From positions 1-35,210 of the IMG/VR virus record IMGVR_UViG_3300037706_000003: a stretch of 35,210 nucleotides of DNA; one strand, 5' to 3'. Positions 16,054 to 25,076 of the stretch are shown piece after piece. The notes under the pieces were generated by a model that ran no database searches, was not told the origin of the DNA, and saw nothing but the letters and a program-made list of their open reading frames with translations. The DNA is from a virus (taxonomy: Duplodnaviria; Caudoviricetes). Each line of letters begins with the position of its first letter. Position 1 is the stretch's first letter. A program made the position numbers and the translations under genes.

Positions 16054-16971
16054 ATGAGCGATACTGAAAACGACGTGCCGTCGGGCGCGGAAGCTTCTGC
16101 TGAGCTGAAATCAACCGACACCCGCGAAGTGGTCGAGGTCAAGGCCGAACCTGAACCGGGAAAGCCTGAACCCAAGACAGAAGCGGGAGAAGAGAAGCCG
16201 GATGGTGAACAGCCTGAAGGCCATGAAAAATCCCCTGAAGGGGGAGAAGATGACGCGCCAGCGGCGGAGCCTGGTGAGGGCAAGCGCAAGCGCCTGCCTC
16301 GCTGGATGAAAGAACGGCTGGAACGGGAACGGCAAGTGACCGAAGCGCGGACTCGCGCGCAAGTGCTGGAAGAACTTCAGGCAAAAGAAGCGAAGCCGGA
16401 GGCGGAAGCGCCTGCTCAGGTTCGTGAAAAGGGTCTGGAGGACTTCGATTTCGACTATGACGCGTACACCCAATACAAGGTGGAACGGGCTATTGAGAGT
16501 CGAGATCAACAGCGCCAAGCCGAGGAAGAGAGTCGGAAACAAACCGAAGCTGCTGAAGCATTCAAGGCTCGTGTTGATGCATTCGAGGAACGTGTAGGCG
16601 ATGGGACATGGGATGACATCCTCTCATCCCCAGTTAACCTCAATCCCGCGTTCAAGCCCTTGGTGGACTTGTTCATGGGTGATGAAGGTGATCTGGATAT
16701 TGCCCATCACTTAGCCGCACACCCGGATGAGGCACAACGTCTGATTGAACTCCCGCGCCTGCAGATGGTGCGTGAGGTTGTAAAGTTGGCCGAGAAGTTC
16801 AGCGGCGAGCAGGTTGATTCGACGCCTGCGCCCATCCCAAAGAAAACCACTAACGCCCCACCGCCTCCCAAGACGGTAAGCGGCGCTGGAAAACCATCCG
16901 TGGACATTGACTCTCCGGATATAACGACAGCGCAGCGAATCGCTGAATGGAAGCGAAGGGGTGCCAAATAA
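16054..16971 (+). CDS. Scaffolding protein
   Basis: Acidic, helical, Pro-rich C-terminus; between portal and coat. Confidence 0.8.
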   Translation: MSDTENDVPSGAEASAELKSTDTREVVEVKAEPEPGKPEPKTEAGEEKPDGEQPEGHEKSPEGGEDDAPAAEPGEGKRKRLPRWMKERLERERQVTEARTRAQVLEELQAKEAKPEAEAPAQVREKGLEDFDFDYDAYTQYKVERAIESRDQQRQAEEESRKQTEAAEAFKARVDAFEERVGDGTWDDILSSPVNLNPAFKPLVDLFMGDEGDLDIAHHLAAHPDEAQRLIELPRLQMVREVVKLAEKFSGEQVDSTPAPIPKKTTNAPPPPKTVSGAGKPSVDIDSPDITTAQRIAEWKRRGAK

Positions 16972-16989
16972 TCCCTTCGAGAGAGAATC

Positions 16990-18186
16990 ATGGCAAATCA
17001 ACTGTTGACTACCGACAAGATTGCTGATCGCGCGTTGATGCGCTTCAGTGAATCGCTTACCGCTCTGAAGAGCATCCCCAAGACCTACGCCAAGGAGTTC
17101 AAGGGCGCGCCCAAGATTGGCGACCATGTTCGTGTTCCGATCCCGCAGCACGCCCAAATTCGACGAGGCCGTGTAGCCGAGCCCGGGCCGCTGAAGACGC
17201 TGGTCCGCCCCGTTACCATTCAGGAGCAGATCGGTTTCGAGTGTCAGTACACTAGCGCAGAGCTGGCCTTGGATATCGAGGAGTTCGACCGCCGCTACCT
17301 GTCGCAGCAGATCGCTGATCTTGCGGTCAACGTCGAGGCTGCGGTGCAGCGACTGATGTACCAGTGGACCCCGAACCAGACCGGCACGCCGGATGGTCAG
17401 TGGACGCAGCTCGCCTACGCCAACATCGCCCGCAAGTACATCGAGGATAACGGCGGCGGCAAGGGCACGAAGAAGATGCTGACTAACAATGCATCGGATG
17501 CCACCATCATCCCGGCGCTGTCGGGACTGTTCAACGCCCAGCGTCAGATTGACGTGCAGTATGAAGAGGGCGTCATGGGCCGGGCCTCCGGCTTCGACTG
17601 GGTGAGCTCGACGGTCGCCCCCGTGCATACCAATGGAGATGGTGCGGGCTACGTGGTGGATGGTGCGGGCCAGACCGGTTCCGAGATCACCGTCGGCACT
17701 GGCACGGGTGTCATCACCCGGGGCACGGTGATCACCATTGACGGCGTTGTGGCAGTGCATCCGCAGACCAAAGCGACCTTGGGGTACCTGCGTCAGTTCG
17801 TTGTTACCGAGGACTACCCCGGTGGTGCGGGCGCGTTGCCGATCTATCCGGCCATCGTGACCAGCGGCAGCGAGCAGAATGTGGTTGCAGGTCCGGCAGA
17901 TGCTGCGGCTATCACCATTGATGGCACTGCAGATGACACCTACGGCATCAACTTGGGCTACCGTCCGGAAGCCTTCCAGTTTGTGACGGTGGATGCGCCG
18001 GAGCTGGCAGGCTGGAAGAACAGTCGGCGCGAGTTCGAGGGCATTTCCATGCGCGTCGTGGAAGGCTCCGACATGACCAACGACATGAACATGACCCGCT
18101 TCGACATCATCTGGGGCTTTGGTGCCCTGCGTCCGGAATGGGCTTGCCGTGTTGCTAACGATCCGTCCCTTCTGGCCCCTGCGTAA
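16990..18186 (+). CDS. P22-type major capsid (coat) protein
   Basis: MANQLLT..KIGDHVRVPIP..ELALDIEEF..RFDIIWGFGALRPEWACR. Confidence 0.93.
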   Translation: MANQLLTTDKIADRALMRFSESLTALKSIPKTYAKEFKGAPKIGDHVRVPIPQHAQIRRGRVAEPGPLKTLVRPVTIQEQIGFECQYTSAELALDIEEFDRRYLSQQIADLAVNVEAAVQRLMYQWTPNQTGTPDGQWTQLAYANIARKYIEDNGGGKGTKKMLTNNASDATIIPALSGLFNAQRQIDVQYEEGVMGRASGFDWVSSTVAPVHTNGDGAGYVVDGAGQTGSEITVGTGTGVITRGTVITIDGVVAVHPQTKATLGYLRQFVVTEDYPGGAGALPIYPAIVTSGSEQNVVAGPADAAAITIDGTADDTYGINLGYRPEAFQFVTVDAPELAGWKNSRREFEGISMRVVEGSDMTNDMNMTRFDIIWGFGALRPEWACRVANDPSLLAPA

Positions 18187-18196
18187 GGAGTAAATC

Positions 18197-18379
18197 ATGG
18201 CTATTGAAAATCCGAACATCCCCGAGCGGTCGGACACCACGACCTTCACTGGGCCGATTGGCCCCGGCACTGTGCTCACCGCGCCCATCTTTGTTGAAGG
18301 TGAGCTTCCGACGGATGATCCCAATGTTGAGGGTCAAGTGTGGAGCAACGCTGGCGTTCTGACTGTTAGCGCAGGCTGA
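18197..18379 (+). CDS. Small virion/decoration-like protein
   Basis: AAGGAG RBS; C-terminal motif LPTDDPNVEGQVWSNAGVLTVS. Confidence 0.7.
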   Translation: MAIENPNIPERSDTTTFTGPIGPGTVLTAPIFVEGELPTDDPNVEGQVWSNAGVLTVSAG

Positions 18380-18400
18380 CTTTCGGAATCCTCGTCAATG

Positions 18401-18426
18401 GCCCCGCTTCGGCGGGGCTTCTTTTT
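18401..18426 (+). terminator. Intrinsic terminator after the capsid genes
   Basis: GCCCCGC-TTCG-GCGGGGC followed by TTCTTTTT. Confidence 0.85.
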
Positions 18427-18437
18427 GGAGCATAGAA

Positions 18438-18755
18438 ATGGCCGCAACAGGCAAAGAAAAGTTGTACGTATCAAGTGAGGGGGGTGGCCGAGCCACGGTC
18501 AGCGCTCAAGAGGTGGCGGACCTCGCGGCAGGAGAGGCCGCAGTTCAGAGTGTCAACGGTCAAACAGGAGAGGTCACGCTGGCGGCTGCGGATGTAGGGG
18601 CTGCCACCACGGCTCAAGGCACCTTGGCGGATTCAGCGGTGCAGCCTGCTGACCTTGGAAATGTATCGGCCCTGAGCGTCCCCACGACTGACCCCGCCGA
18701 CGGCGAGACCATTTGGAGTGATGGCGGCACTCTGAAGGTGGCGTCGGGGCCATAA
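18438..18755 (+). CDS. Small fibre-like virion protein
   Basis: VQSVNGQTGEVTLAAADVGA fibre repeat, AQGTLADSAVQP, C-terminal VPTTDPADGETIWSDGGTLKV. Confidence 0.75.
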   Translation: MAATGKEKLYVSSEGGGRATVSAQEVADLAAGEAAVQSVNGQTGEVTLAAADVGAATTAQGTLADSAVQPADLGNVSALSVPTTDPADGETIWSDGGTLKVASGP

Positions 18756-18758
18756 ATC

Positions 18759-19175
18759 ATGACCGAGACCGCAAAACTGGTCAGTCGATCTCTGCGCCTG
18801 ATTCAAGTGCTTGACGCAGACGAAGCCGCCGAAAGCCGGGACATGGAGACCGCAATCGACGCACTGAATGCAATGGTGCGTCGATGGGAGGCGAATGGAC
18901 TGTCGTTGGGTTGGCAGCCTGTCAGCAACCCTGCGGACGAATTTCCGGTGCCCCCGGAAGCGGAGGAGGCGGTTGTCTATAACTTGGCGGTTCGGGTCGC
19001 TCCCGAGTACGGGACCGAAGCGATGCCTTCCGTGGTTTCGGGGGCCCGTGAATTCCTTTCCGACCTGTTGCGCGATCAGGCTGTTGCCACTCCGATTCAG
19101 CCGATTCTTGATGCCCCATGGCCGGATTACTGGAATTCCCGAACCTTGAACGGCAGTAGCTGGTATATCGGATGA
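18759..19175 (+). CDS. P22 gp4-like head-to-tail adaptor
   Basis: AIDALNAMVRRWEANGLSLGW, AVVYNLAVRVAPEYG. Confidence 0.85.
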   Translation: MTETAKLVSRSLRLIQVLDADEAAESRDMETAIDALNAMVRRWEANGLSLGWQPVSNPADEFPVPPEAEEAVVYNLAVRVAPEYGTEAMPSVVSGAREFLSDLLRDQAVATPIQPILDAPWPDYWNSRTLNGSSWYIG

Positions 19176-21715
19176 AATATCAGCCTGTTGACCTGATCGG
19201 CGGCTTCTACACCGACGATGCCAAGCTATGGGCGGCACAGGACACGGTGAACTGGCTGCCCGTGATGGCCGAAGTGGCAGGGACGCGGACGCCGTCCAAG
19301 CTCAGGACGCCGCCGGGGCTTAGGCCGTGGGTGCAGATCGGACTCGGCCCCGTTCGCGGCTCGATCAACGTCGAAGGCAAGCTATTCGTCGTATCCGGTA
19401 ACGAGTTGTACCGGGTGGCGACGGACGGTTCCGGCACCTTGATTGGCACGATCCCCGGTGTTGGCCCGGTATCGATGGCCTACAACCAGCGTGGACAAGG
19501 TAACGAGCTGCTGGTGGTCAATGGCGATGCGGGGTACGTCTACAACACGTCAGAAGACACGTTCACGAAGATCACAGATGAGGGCTACCCCGGAGCCGTG
19601 CAGGCGGCCTATCTGGACTCATTCCTGGTCCAGGTCGAGCCATTCGGACGGTTCTGGTTTCACTCGGATCTAGCCGATGCGCTGAATTACAACACGCTCG
19701 ACCGGTACGAGTCGGAGGCGTCCCCGGACAAGATCGTCGGGCTGGCGGTGAATCAGTTCGAAGTGGTTGTTTTCAACGAGACGACCACGGAATTCTTCGC
19801 CAATGTCGGCGCAGCGACGGGCACCTTCCAGTCAAAGCGCATCGTGATCGACAAGGGGTGTGCAGCGCGTCACTCTATTGCCAACATCGACAATTCGGTG
19901 ATGTGGCTGGGCAATGATGGCGTCGTGTACCGACTGGATGGGTACCGAGCCGTCCCTGTGTCAACCCGAGCCATTGAACGCGCCATTGCTGAAAGTGACT
20001 GGGATTCCGCCATTTCCTATGTTTGGGAGGATGAGGGCCACAAAGTCTATTACCTGACCTTCCTGAATGGCCAGACGTGGGGCTATGACGTGGTCACGGG
20101 GCTATGGCACCGTCGCGCAAGCTATTCCGTAGACCCGGACAACCAGAAGCGTTGGCGGGTATCGGCGATCACCTACTGGAACAGCCAGTGGATCGCGGGC
20201 GACGCCTACCACGGCGGATTGTACGTGATGGATTGGAATTGCTACTCGGAAGGCTCTGATCCGATGGTTTCGGAACGGTCTTCCGGGGTGGCTCATGCCA
20301 ACCAAAACCGGGTGTTTGCCCCTTATGCGGAGTTGATCTTCGATACAGGCGTCGGGGTGCCTTGCGAAGCGCAAGGATTCCTTTTGTCTCTTGAGGGAGA
20401 CCTGCCTGACGGAAACGTCGGATCGTCTGGAACGTACCAATATCAGGCCATCGGGGGATCGCCGCCGTACACGTTCTCGATCATCGCAGGGTCACTGCCT
20501 CCGGGCGCTTCCATGAGCGCGGCGGGGCTAGTGACTTACGACTACACCACGGAAGGCAACTATTCCTGGACGGTGCAGGCGATGGATGCAGACGGTAGAA
20601 CGGCGACTCTAGACGATACGGCAGATATTACGGTAGTCGTCATTAATGAACTGGTGGTCGTAGGCAACACTACAGGAGAGTCCGACACTGTTCGAACAGT
20701 CACTTGGGATGGAGCCGGTGCTACGGATAACCGCCTGCTCACCGACCAGACATTTTTTGAAGATTTCCCTGACATGCGTGTTTCCATTGATGGAAAGCAT
20801 GTTTTCGTCGCAGCCGACGACGCCACTAGCGGTAATATTCTAGTGGCGGAAGATGTAGGCGGAACTTGGACGAAGCTGGACTACACCAACCCCGTCAACA
20901 TGGTTGACCCTCCGGAATTCGTGTTCAACGGAGGTGACGCTTATTTCAATCCATCAAGTAACTACGCGATGACAAGCATCGCTGTTTATGAGTTGACGCC
21001 GACGCCGGGAGAGACAAATTGGCTCGTCATATGGGATGGAGAGGCCGAAACGCCTCCTGCAGAATTCCCTGATCCATTCACCAGATCATTCCAGCACCAG
21101 TTCCCCTCTGGCTTTATAACTAGCATGAAGTACAGCCCTGACGGTTTGAGCTTGGCTGTAGTAGGGCGGATGAGTGATTGGGATGGCGTAGATGGTGCTG
21201 GTCTTGTAGTAATTTCAAACTCAGGCGGCACATGGTCGCAGTCGTTCATTGATACTGATTCCAGCCTTCTCGCCGGCAGTGGGGCCAGAGCTGTTGCTTG
21301 GGCGTCTGACGGAACGTTCTTTATCGTATTGGACGACAACAGCACGATCCATGTCTACACAACGTCGGGTGGAATTGCCAAGGCGCAGTCTTTCACCGAG
21401 GCCGGCTCTGCTTGGTGGGTTGGGCTGACTATCAGTGCATCCGGAACTATCTACTGCGCTTCGTCGGATATTTCCAACGATCTGTATGTATACACATGGG
21501 ACGGAAGCGCTCTTTCCGCTGCATCAAAGCACCAACTGTTCAGCCCTGGCACTGAGAACGCAATCTACCTAAGTGTGAGTGAGAACGAACAGTTCCTGTT
21601 GGCTACATCAGACGGCGAATCCGTCAACACGTTCAGCACGGCTGATCTAAGCCAAATTTCAGACGCCATCCCTAACGGGCAGATGGCGTGCTTTGCTTCC
21701 GGGAGTAGTGCCTGA
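19172..21715 (+). CDS. P22 gp10-like tail hub (N-terminal part) fused to Ig-like and beta-propeller domains
   Basis: First ~395 aa gp10-like (ESEASPDKIVG, KGCAARHS, PVSTRAIE, TWGYDVVTGLWHRR); then GGSPPYTFSIIAGSLPPG Ig-like domain and SPDG/ASDG blade repeats. Confidence 0.85.
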   Translation: MKYQPVDLIGGFYTDDAKLWAAQDTVNWLPVMAEVAGTRTPSKLRTPPGLRPWVQIGLGPVRGSINVEGKLFVVSGNELYRVATDGSGTLIGTIPGVGPVSMAYNQRGQGNELLVVNGDAGYVYNTSEDTFTKITDEGYPGAVQAAYLDSFLVQVEPFGRFWFHSDLADALNYNTLDRYESEASPDKIVGLAVNQFEVVVFNETTTEFFANVGAATGTFQSKRIVIDKGCAARHSIANIDNSVMWLGNDGVVYRLDGYRAVPVSTRAIERAIAESDWDSAISYVWEDEGHKVYYLTFLNGQTWGYDVVTGLWHRRASYSVDPDNQKRWRVSAITYWNSQWIAGDAYHGGLYVMDWNCYSEGSDPMVSERSSGVAHANQNRVFAPYAELIFDTGVGVPCEAQGFLLSLEGDLPDGNVGSSGTYQYQAIGGSPPYTFSIIAGSLPPGASMSAAGLVTYDYTTEGNYSWTVQAMDADGRTATLDDTADITVVVINELVVVGNTTGESDTVRTVTWDGAGATDNRLLTDQTFFEDFPDMRVSIDGKHVFVAADDATSGNILVAEDVGGTWTKLDYTNPVNMVDPPEFVFNGGDAYFNPSSNYAMTSIAVYELTPTPGETNWLVIWDGEAETPPAEFPDPFTRSFQHQFPSGFITSMKYSPDGLSLAVVGRMSDWDGVDGAGLVVISNSGGTWSQSFIDTDSSLLAGSGARAVAWASDGTFFIVLDDNSTIHVYTTSGGIAKAQSFTEAGSAWWVGLTISASGTIYCASSDISNDLYVYTWDGSALSAASKHQLFSPGTENAIYLSVSENEQFLLATSDGESVNTFSTADLSQISDAIPNGQMACFASGSSA

Positions 21716-21936
21716 TGGCCGACCGAAAGGTACAACTCAGCTACAGCGATGATGGCGCCCGCAACTGGTCGAACTGGCGCGAGCGATCACTGGGCGAGAC
21801 GGGCGAGTATGCCAAACGTGTGCGATTCAACCGCTTGGGAAGTTTCCGCAACCGCGTCTATCGGGTCCGCGTGTCCAGCCCGGTTAAGCGCGACCTGCTG
21901 GGTGCTGTTGTCTACTTGATCGGGTCTAGTGGATGA
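21715..21936 (+). CDS. C-terminal segment of the gp10-like tail hub as a separate gene
   Basis: VQLSYSDDGARNWSNWRERSLGETGEYAKRVRFNRLGSFRNRVYRVRVSSP matches the usual gp10-family C-terminus; GGGAG RBS, TGATG overlap. Confidence 0.8.
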   Translation: MADRKVQLSYSDDGARNWSNWRERSLGETGEYAKRVRFNRLGSFRNRVYRVRVSSPVKRDLLGAVVYLIGSSG

Positions 21937-22469
21937 AGATAATCGATGAATTTCTTCCGGACGCTCACCGAGTCCGCAGGGATGCGTTGTGCGCGCCGTT
22001 CATCGACTTTAATGCTCCGGATGGCGAGACATACAAGCGCGTGTGCATGGCCGAGGTTCCGGGCTTGCGAGAATCATTGGAACGCCATGTGGGGCCGGTA
22101 TCGATCCACGCGATGGGCTATCGACTGAACTACAACGGCGAGATGCCGAACACGGCGATCCATTCGGACCTTGGATGGGGAACTAAGGCCGTGGTGCTGT
22201 ACCTATGCGATGGCGAGGGTGGCACGGCATTCTGGCGGCACAAGGCGACAGGAGCTGAGCGGATCGGTCCTGCCGACGCCGAATTGCTAAGCAAAGTCGA
22301 AGGTGACTGGGATGATGCCGAGGCATGGGACCAAGTTGAACTCGCACCACTGAAATTCAACCGGGCGGTCATTTATGACGGCCTTCGTTTTCACAGCCGG
22401 TGGCCATTTGAGGCATTCGGCACGACTCCGGAGGACGGCAGGCTCATTGCCGTAGCGTTTTTCTCATGA
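21933..22469 (+). CDS. 2OG-Fe(II) oxygenase-like protein (DUF6445-like)
   Basis: IHSD (HxD), AVVLYL, GGTAFWRHK, KFNRAVIYDG..FHSR, GRL. Confidence 0.8.
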   Translation: MKIIDEFLPDAHRVRRDALCAPFIDFNAPDGETYKRVCMAEVPGLRESLERHVGPVSIHAMGYRLNYNGEMPNTAIHSDLGWGTKAVVLYLCDGEGGTAFWRHKATGAERIGPADAELLSKVEGDWDDAEAWDQVELAPLKFNRAVIYDGLRFHSRWPFEAFGTTPEDGRLIAVAFFS

Positions 22470-22906
22470 TCCGATCTGCCACTAAAGCCGACACTCCGCA
22501 ATTGCTCGAAATGGGGCGACAATTCTACGCGACGACTCACTACCGGCATTTCGCCCCATATAGCCCTGAATCCGTCGAGCATGTGATTGATCTGATGCTG
22601 GATGGTGTGTTTCTGGTCGCCGAGGAAGACGGGAAGCTCGTCGGAATGGTGGGGTTGGTAGTATTCCCCCATCTGTTCAACCGGGATCACCTTGTAGCAA
22701 ACGAAGTAGTGTGGTGGGTCGATCCTGACTATCGCGGCAAGCGGATCGCCGTTGACTTGATGGCGGCCATTGAGCCGGCGTGCAAAGAGAAGGGTGTCTC
22801 GGCCATTCAGATGGTCGCCCTCGCCAACAGTCCACCGGCAGCGGCGGCCATTTACGAGCGAATGGGCTATACCCATTCCGAATCCAGCTATCTCAAGAGG
22901 ATCTAG
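22466..22906 (+). CDS. GNAT-family acetyltransferase
   Basis: MIRSAT.AD, LVAEEDGKLVG, WWVDPDYRGKRIA, AIYERMGY. Confidence 0.9.
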   Translation: MIRSATKADTPQLLEMGRQFYATTHYRHFAPYSPESVEHVIDLMLDGVFLVAEEDGKLVGMVGLVVFPHLFNRDHLVANEVVWWVDPDYRGKRIAVDLMAAIEPACKEKGVSAIQMVALANSPPAAAAIYERMGYTHSESSYLKRI

Positions 22907-22908
22907 AC

Positions 22909-23613
22909 ATGGGCGCAGTAACGGCGGCAGTAGTCGGCGCAGTCGGTGCGTTGGGCGCGGCGAAGATGAGCAGCGATTCGTCGAAAAAGGCGGCGCGGGC
23001 TGGGAATGCAAGCGCGCAGTCAGGGCTCGACCTACAGCGTCAGCAATTCGACACATTCCAACAGAACATCGCGCCATACCTTCAGGCCGGCGAAGGTGCA
23101 TTGGGCGGATTGAACGCCTTGGCGGAAGGCGACTATTCGGCATTCGAGGAGTCCCCGGACTACCTCTACGCCCGTGACCAGATGCAGCAAGGCATTGAGC
23201 GTGGTGCCGCAGCGCGTGGCAGTCTCTACAGTGGCGGAACGAATGTAGACCTTGGCCGCCAACTCGGCGGTCTAGCCTCGCAGAATCTAGGGAACTACCG
23301 CAACAGCCTGTTCCAGTTGGCAGGCATGGGCCAGAATGCCGCCGTTGGAGCTGGCAACCTTGGTCAGCAGAGTGCCAATGCACAATCCGGCCTGCTGGCT
23401 CAGCAGGGGCAGAACAACGCTAACGCGGCCATTCAGCAAGGCAATGCATGGGGCAATGCCTTGCAGGGCATTGCTGGGGTGGCAGGTCAATATGCGGCCA
23501 ACCGATCCAGCAGCTACCCGAACGCTCAAATTGGCGCTGTCCAGCGCCAACCGATTACGCCCCCTGTTAATCGAGTTCAAGTTCCTAACGTCAACTTCGG
23601 AGGGTTCGGCTAA
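22909..23613 (+). CDS. DNA ejection protein (gp7-like)
   Basis: Gly/Ala-rich hydrophobic N-terminus, PYLQAG..AL, SPDY..Q, AAARGSLYSGGT, Q/N/A/G-rich body. Confidence 0.8.
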   Translation: MGAVTAAVVGAVGALGAAKMSSDSSKKAARAGNASAQSGLDLQRQQFDTFQQNIAPYLQAGEGALGGLNALAEGDYSAFEESPDYLYARDQMQQGIERGAAARGSLYSGGTNVDLGRQLGGLASQNLGNYRNSLFQLAGMGQNAAVGAGNLGQQSANAQSGLLAQQGQNNANAAIQQGNAWGNALQGIAGVAGQYAANRSSSYPNAQIGAVQRQPITPPVNRVQVPNVNFGGFG

Positions 23614-25076
23614 TGGCAGAACCGATGCTTTTCGACATTCCCGGCGCGGTCAACCGAGGCTATGCTATTGGCACCCAGCAGCGGCTTCAGCGTGAGGGGG
23701 AGCAGCGCCAGAGTCGGCTGCGAGAATTGGCCGGGCAGGCGGCTCAAGCTTCTCCGCTGGACCGACAGCAGTTCGTCAGTCAAGCGATTGGCGTAGACCC
23801 GCAGGCGGGGATGCAGCTTGATCAAGGATTGGCGCAAACCGATGAGCGCCGGAACCGGACGATGGTCAATATGGCCCGGATGCTGTCCAGCGCACCCGAG
23901 CAGGCCCGACCTGGCTTGTATCAGCGCATGCTGCCGACCCTGCAAACGTTCGGGATGAGTGACCTCCCGCCGGCCTACACGCCGGAGACAGCGCCCGTAA
24001 TCGATCAAGCGGCGCAGGCGCTGGCTCAGGCGTATGGGGCGTCTGGTAGTCGCCGAGGGAATGTTTCGGTGTCTCCCGGAAGCGCCATTGTGGACCCGAA
24101 TACAGGTCAAGTTGTATATGAGCGGCCTTACACCCCATCCTTCCAAGCTCGAACGACCGACATTGGAGGCGTTCCTACTGGCGTGACCTTCGATACCAGG
24201 AGCGGTCAGTATGTCCCCGCAGAAGTAGGTGGTGGTGCTCCCGGAGGCCAGCTTCCGCCGGGAGGTGCGCAGCAGCGTGTAGATGAGTCCCTGCAGCTTG
24301 CAAATGAAATGATCCGCGCGGGAGTGCCCGAGGAACAAGTGGATCAATTCTTGCGAAATCGATTCCAATCTGGACCCGGAGCAGCGCCTGTCGTCCAGCC
24401 TAGCGGAACGCCTATCATTGGACGAACTGCGGAAGATGAGGCGGCTGCGGTTGAATCGGCAAGAGAGGCAGCGCGGTTGCAGGCGCTTCCAACCCGGCAG
24501 GCCATCGAGACGCAGGGGGCGGTTGGGCGCTTGCGCGCAGAACAAGAAGCAGAGCGCATGCCGCCCGCCGTCATGAAGATGGTTCAAGAGTCGGAAGAAA
24601 AGGCACGGACCGCAGACGGTATCTTGCGGAGGATGGAAGGCCATGAGGCGAAGATCAGGTCTGGCGACCTCCAGTTCGGGCCTGTATCTAATGTCGTTTC
24701 GCGTGCTCGCAACTTCGCAGGGCAGAGCACGGATCTGTCTCGAAACTTGCAACTGTTCATGTCTGATCTTGAAAAGATGCGGAACGACTCCCTGCGCTTG
24801 AATAATGGCGTGCAAACCGAGGGCGACGCGCAGCGAGCATGGAATGAGCTTTTTGCAAACTTGAACGACACCAATTATGTTCTTGCCGGATTGCAGCGCA
24901 TTAAAGAGATCAACGAGCGAGCGAGCGCTTTGCACAGCGGCAACGCAAACGAGATTCGAGAATCTTATCCGCAAGGTCGATCACCACGGCAGTCGGGATC
25001 ACAGCCTCAGCAGCCCGCACAGCAACCTTCCGCGCCATCTTCCGACATCGATTCATTGCTGGACTTGTACCGCTGA
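23613..25076 (+). CDS. DNA ejection protein (gp20-like by position)
   Basis: Q/A-rich, 487 aa; LNNGVQTEGDAQRA motif; synteny. Confidence 0.7.
   Translation: MAEPMLFDIPGAVNRGYAIGTQQRLQREGEQRQSRLRELAGQAAQASPLDRQQFVSQAIGVDPQAGMQLDQGLAQTDERRNRTMVNMARMLSSAPEQARPGLYQRMLPTLQTFGMSDLPPAYTPETAPVIDQAAQALAQAYGASGSRRGNVSVSPGSAIVDPNTGQVVYERPYTPSFQARTTDIGGVPTGVTFDTRSGQYVPAEVGGGAPGGQLPPGGAQQRVDESLQLANEMIRAGVPEEQVDQFLRNRFQSGPGAAPVVQPSGTPIIGRTAEDEAAAVESAREAARLQALPTRQAIETQGAVGRLRAEQEAERMPPAVMKMVQESEEKARTADGILRRMEGHEAKIRSGDLQFGPVSNVVSRARNFAGQSTDLSRNLQLFMSDLEKMRNDSLRLNNGVQTEGDAQRAWNELFANLNDTNYVLAGLQRIKEINERASALHSGNANEIRESYPQGRSPRQSGSQPQQPAQQPSAPSSDIDSLLDLYR

Noticed and set aside
16711-18324. 537-aa minus-strand ORF
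   Set aside because: Antisense shadow of the capsid gene, as expected from GC-rich codon bias; the same applies to 23610..24974 and 33208..34056
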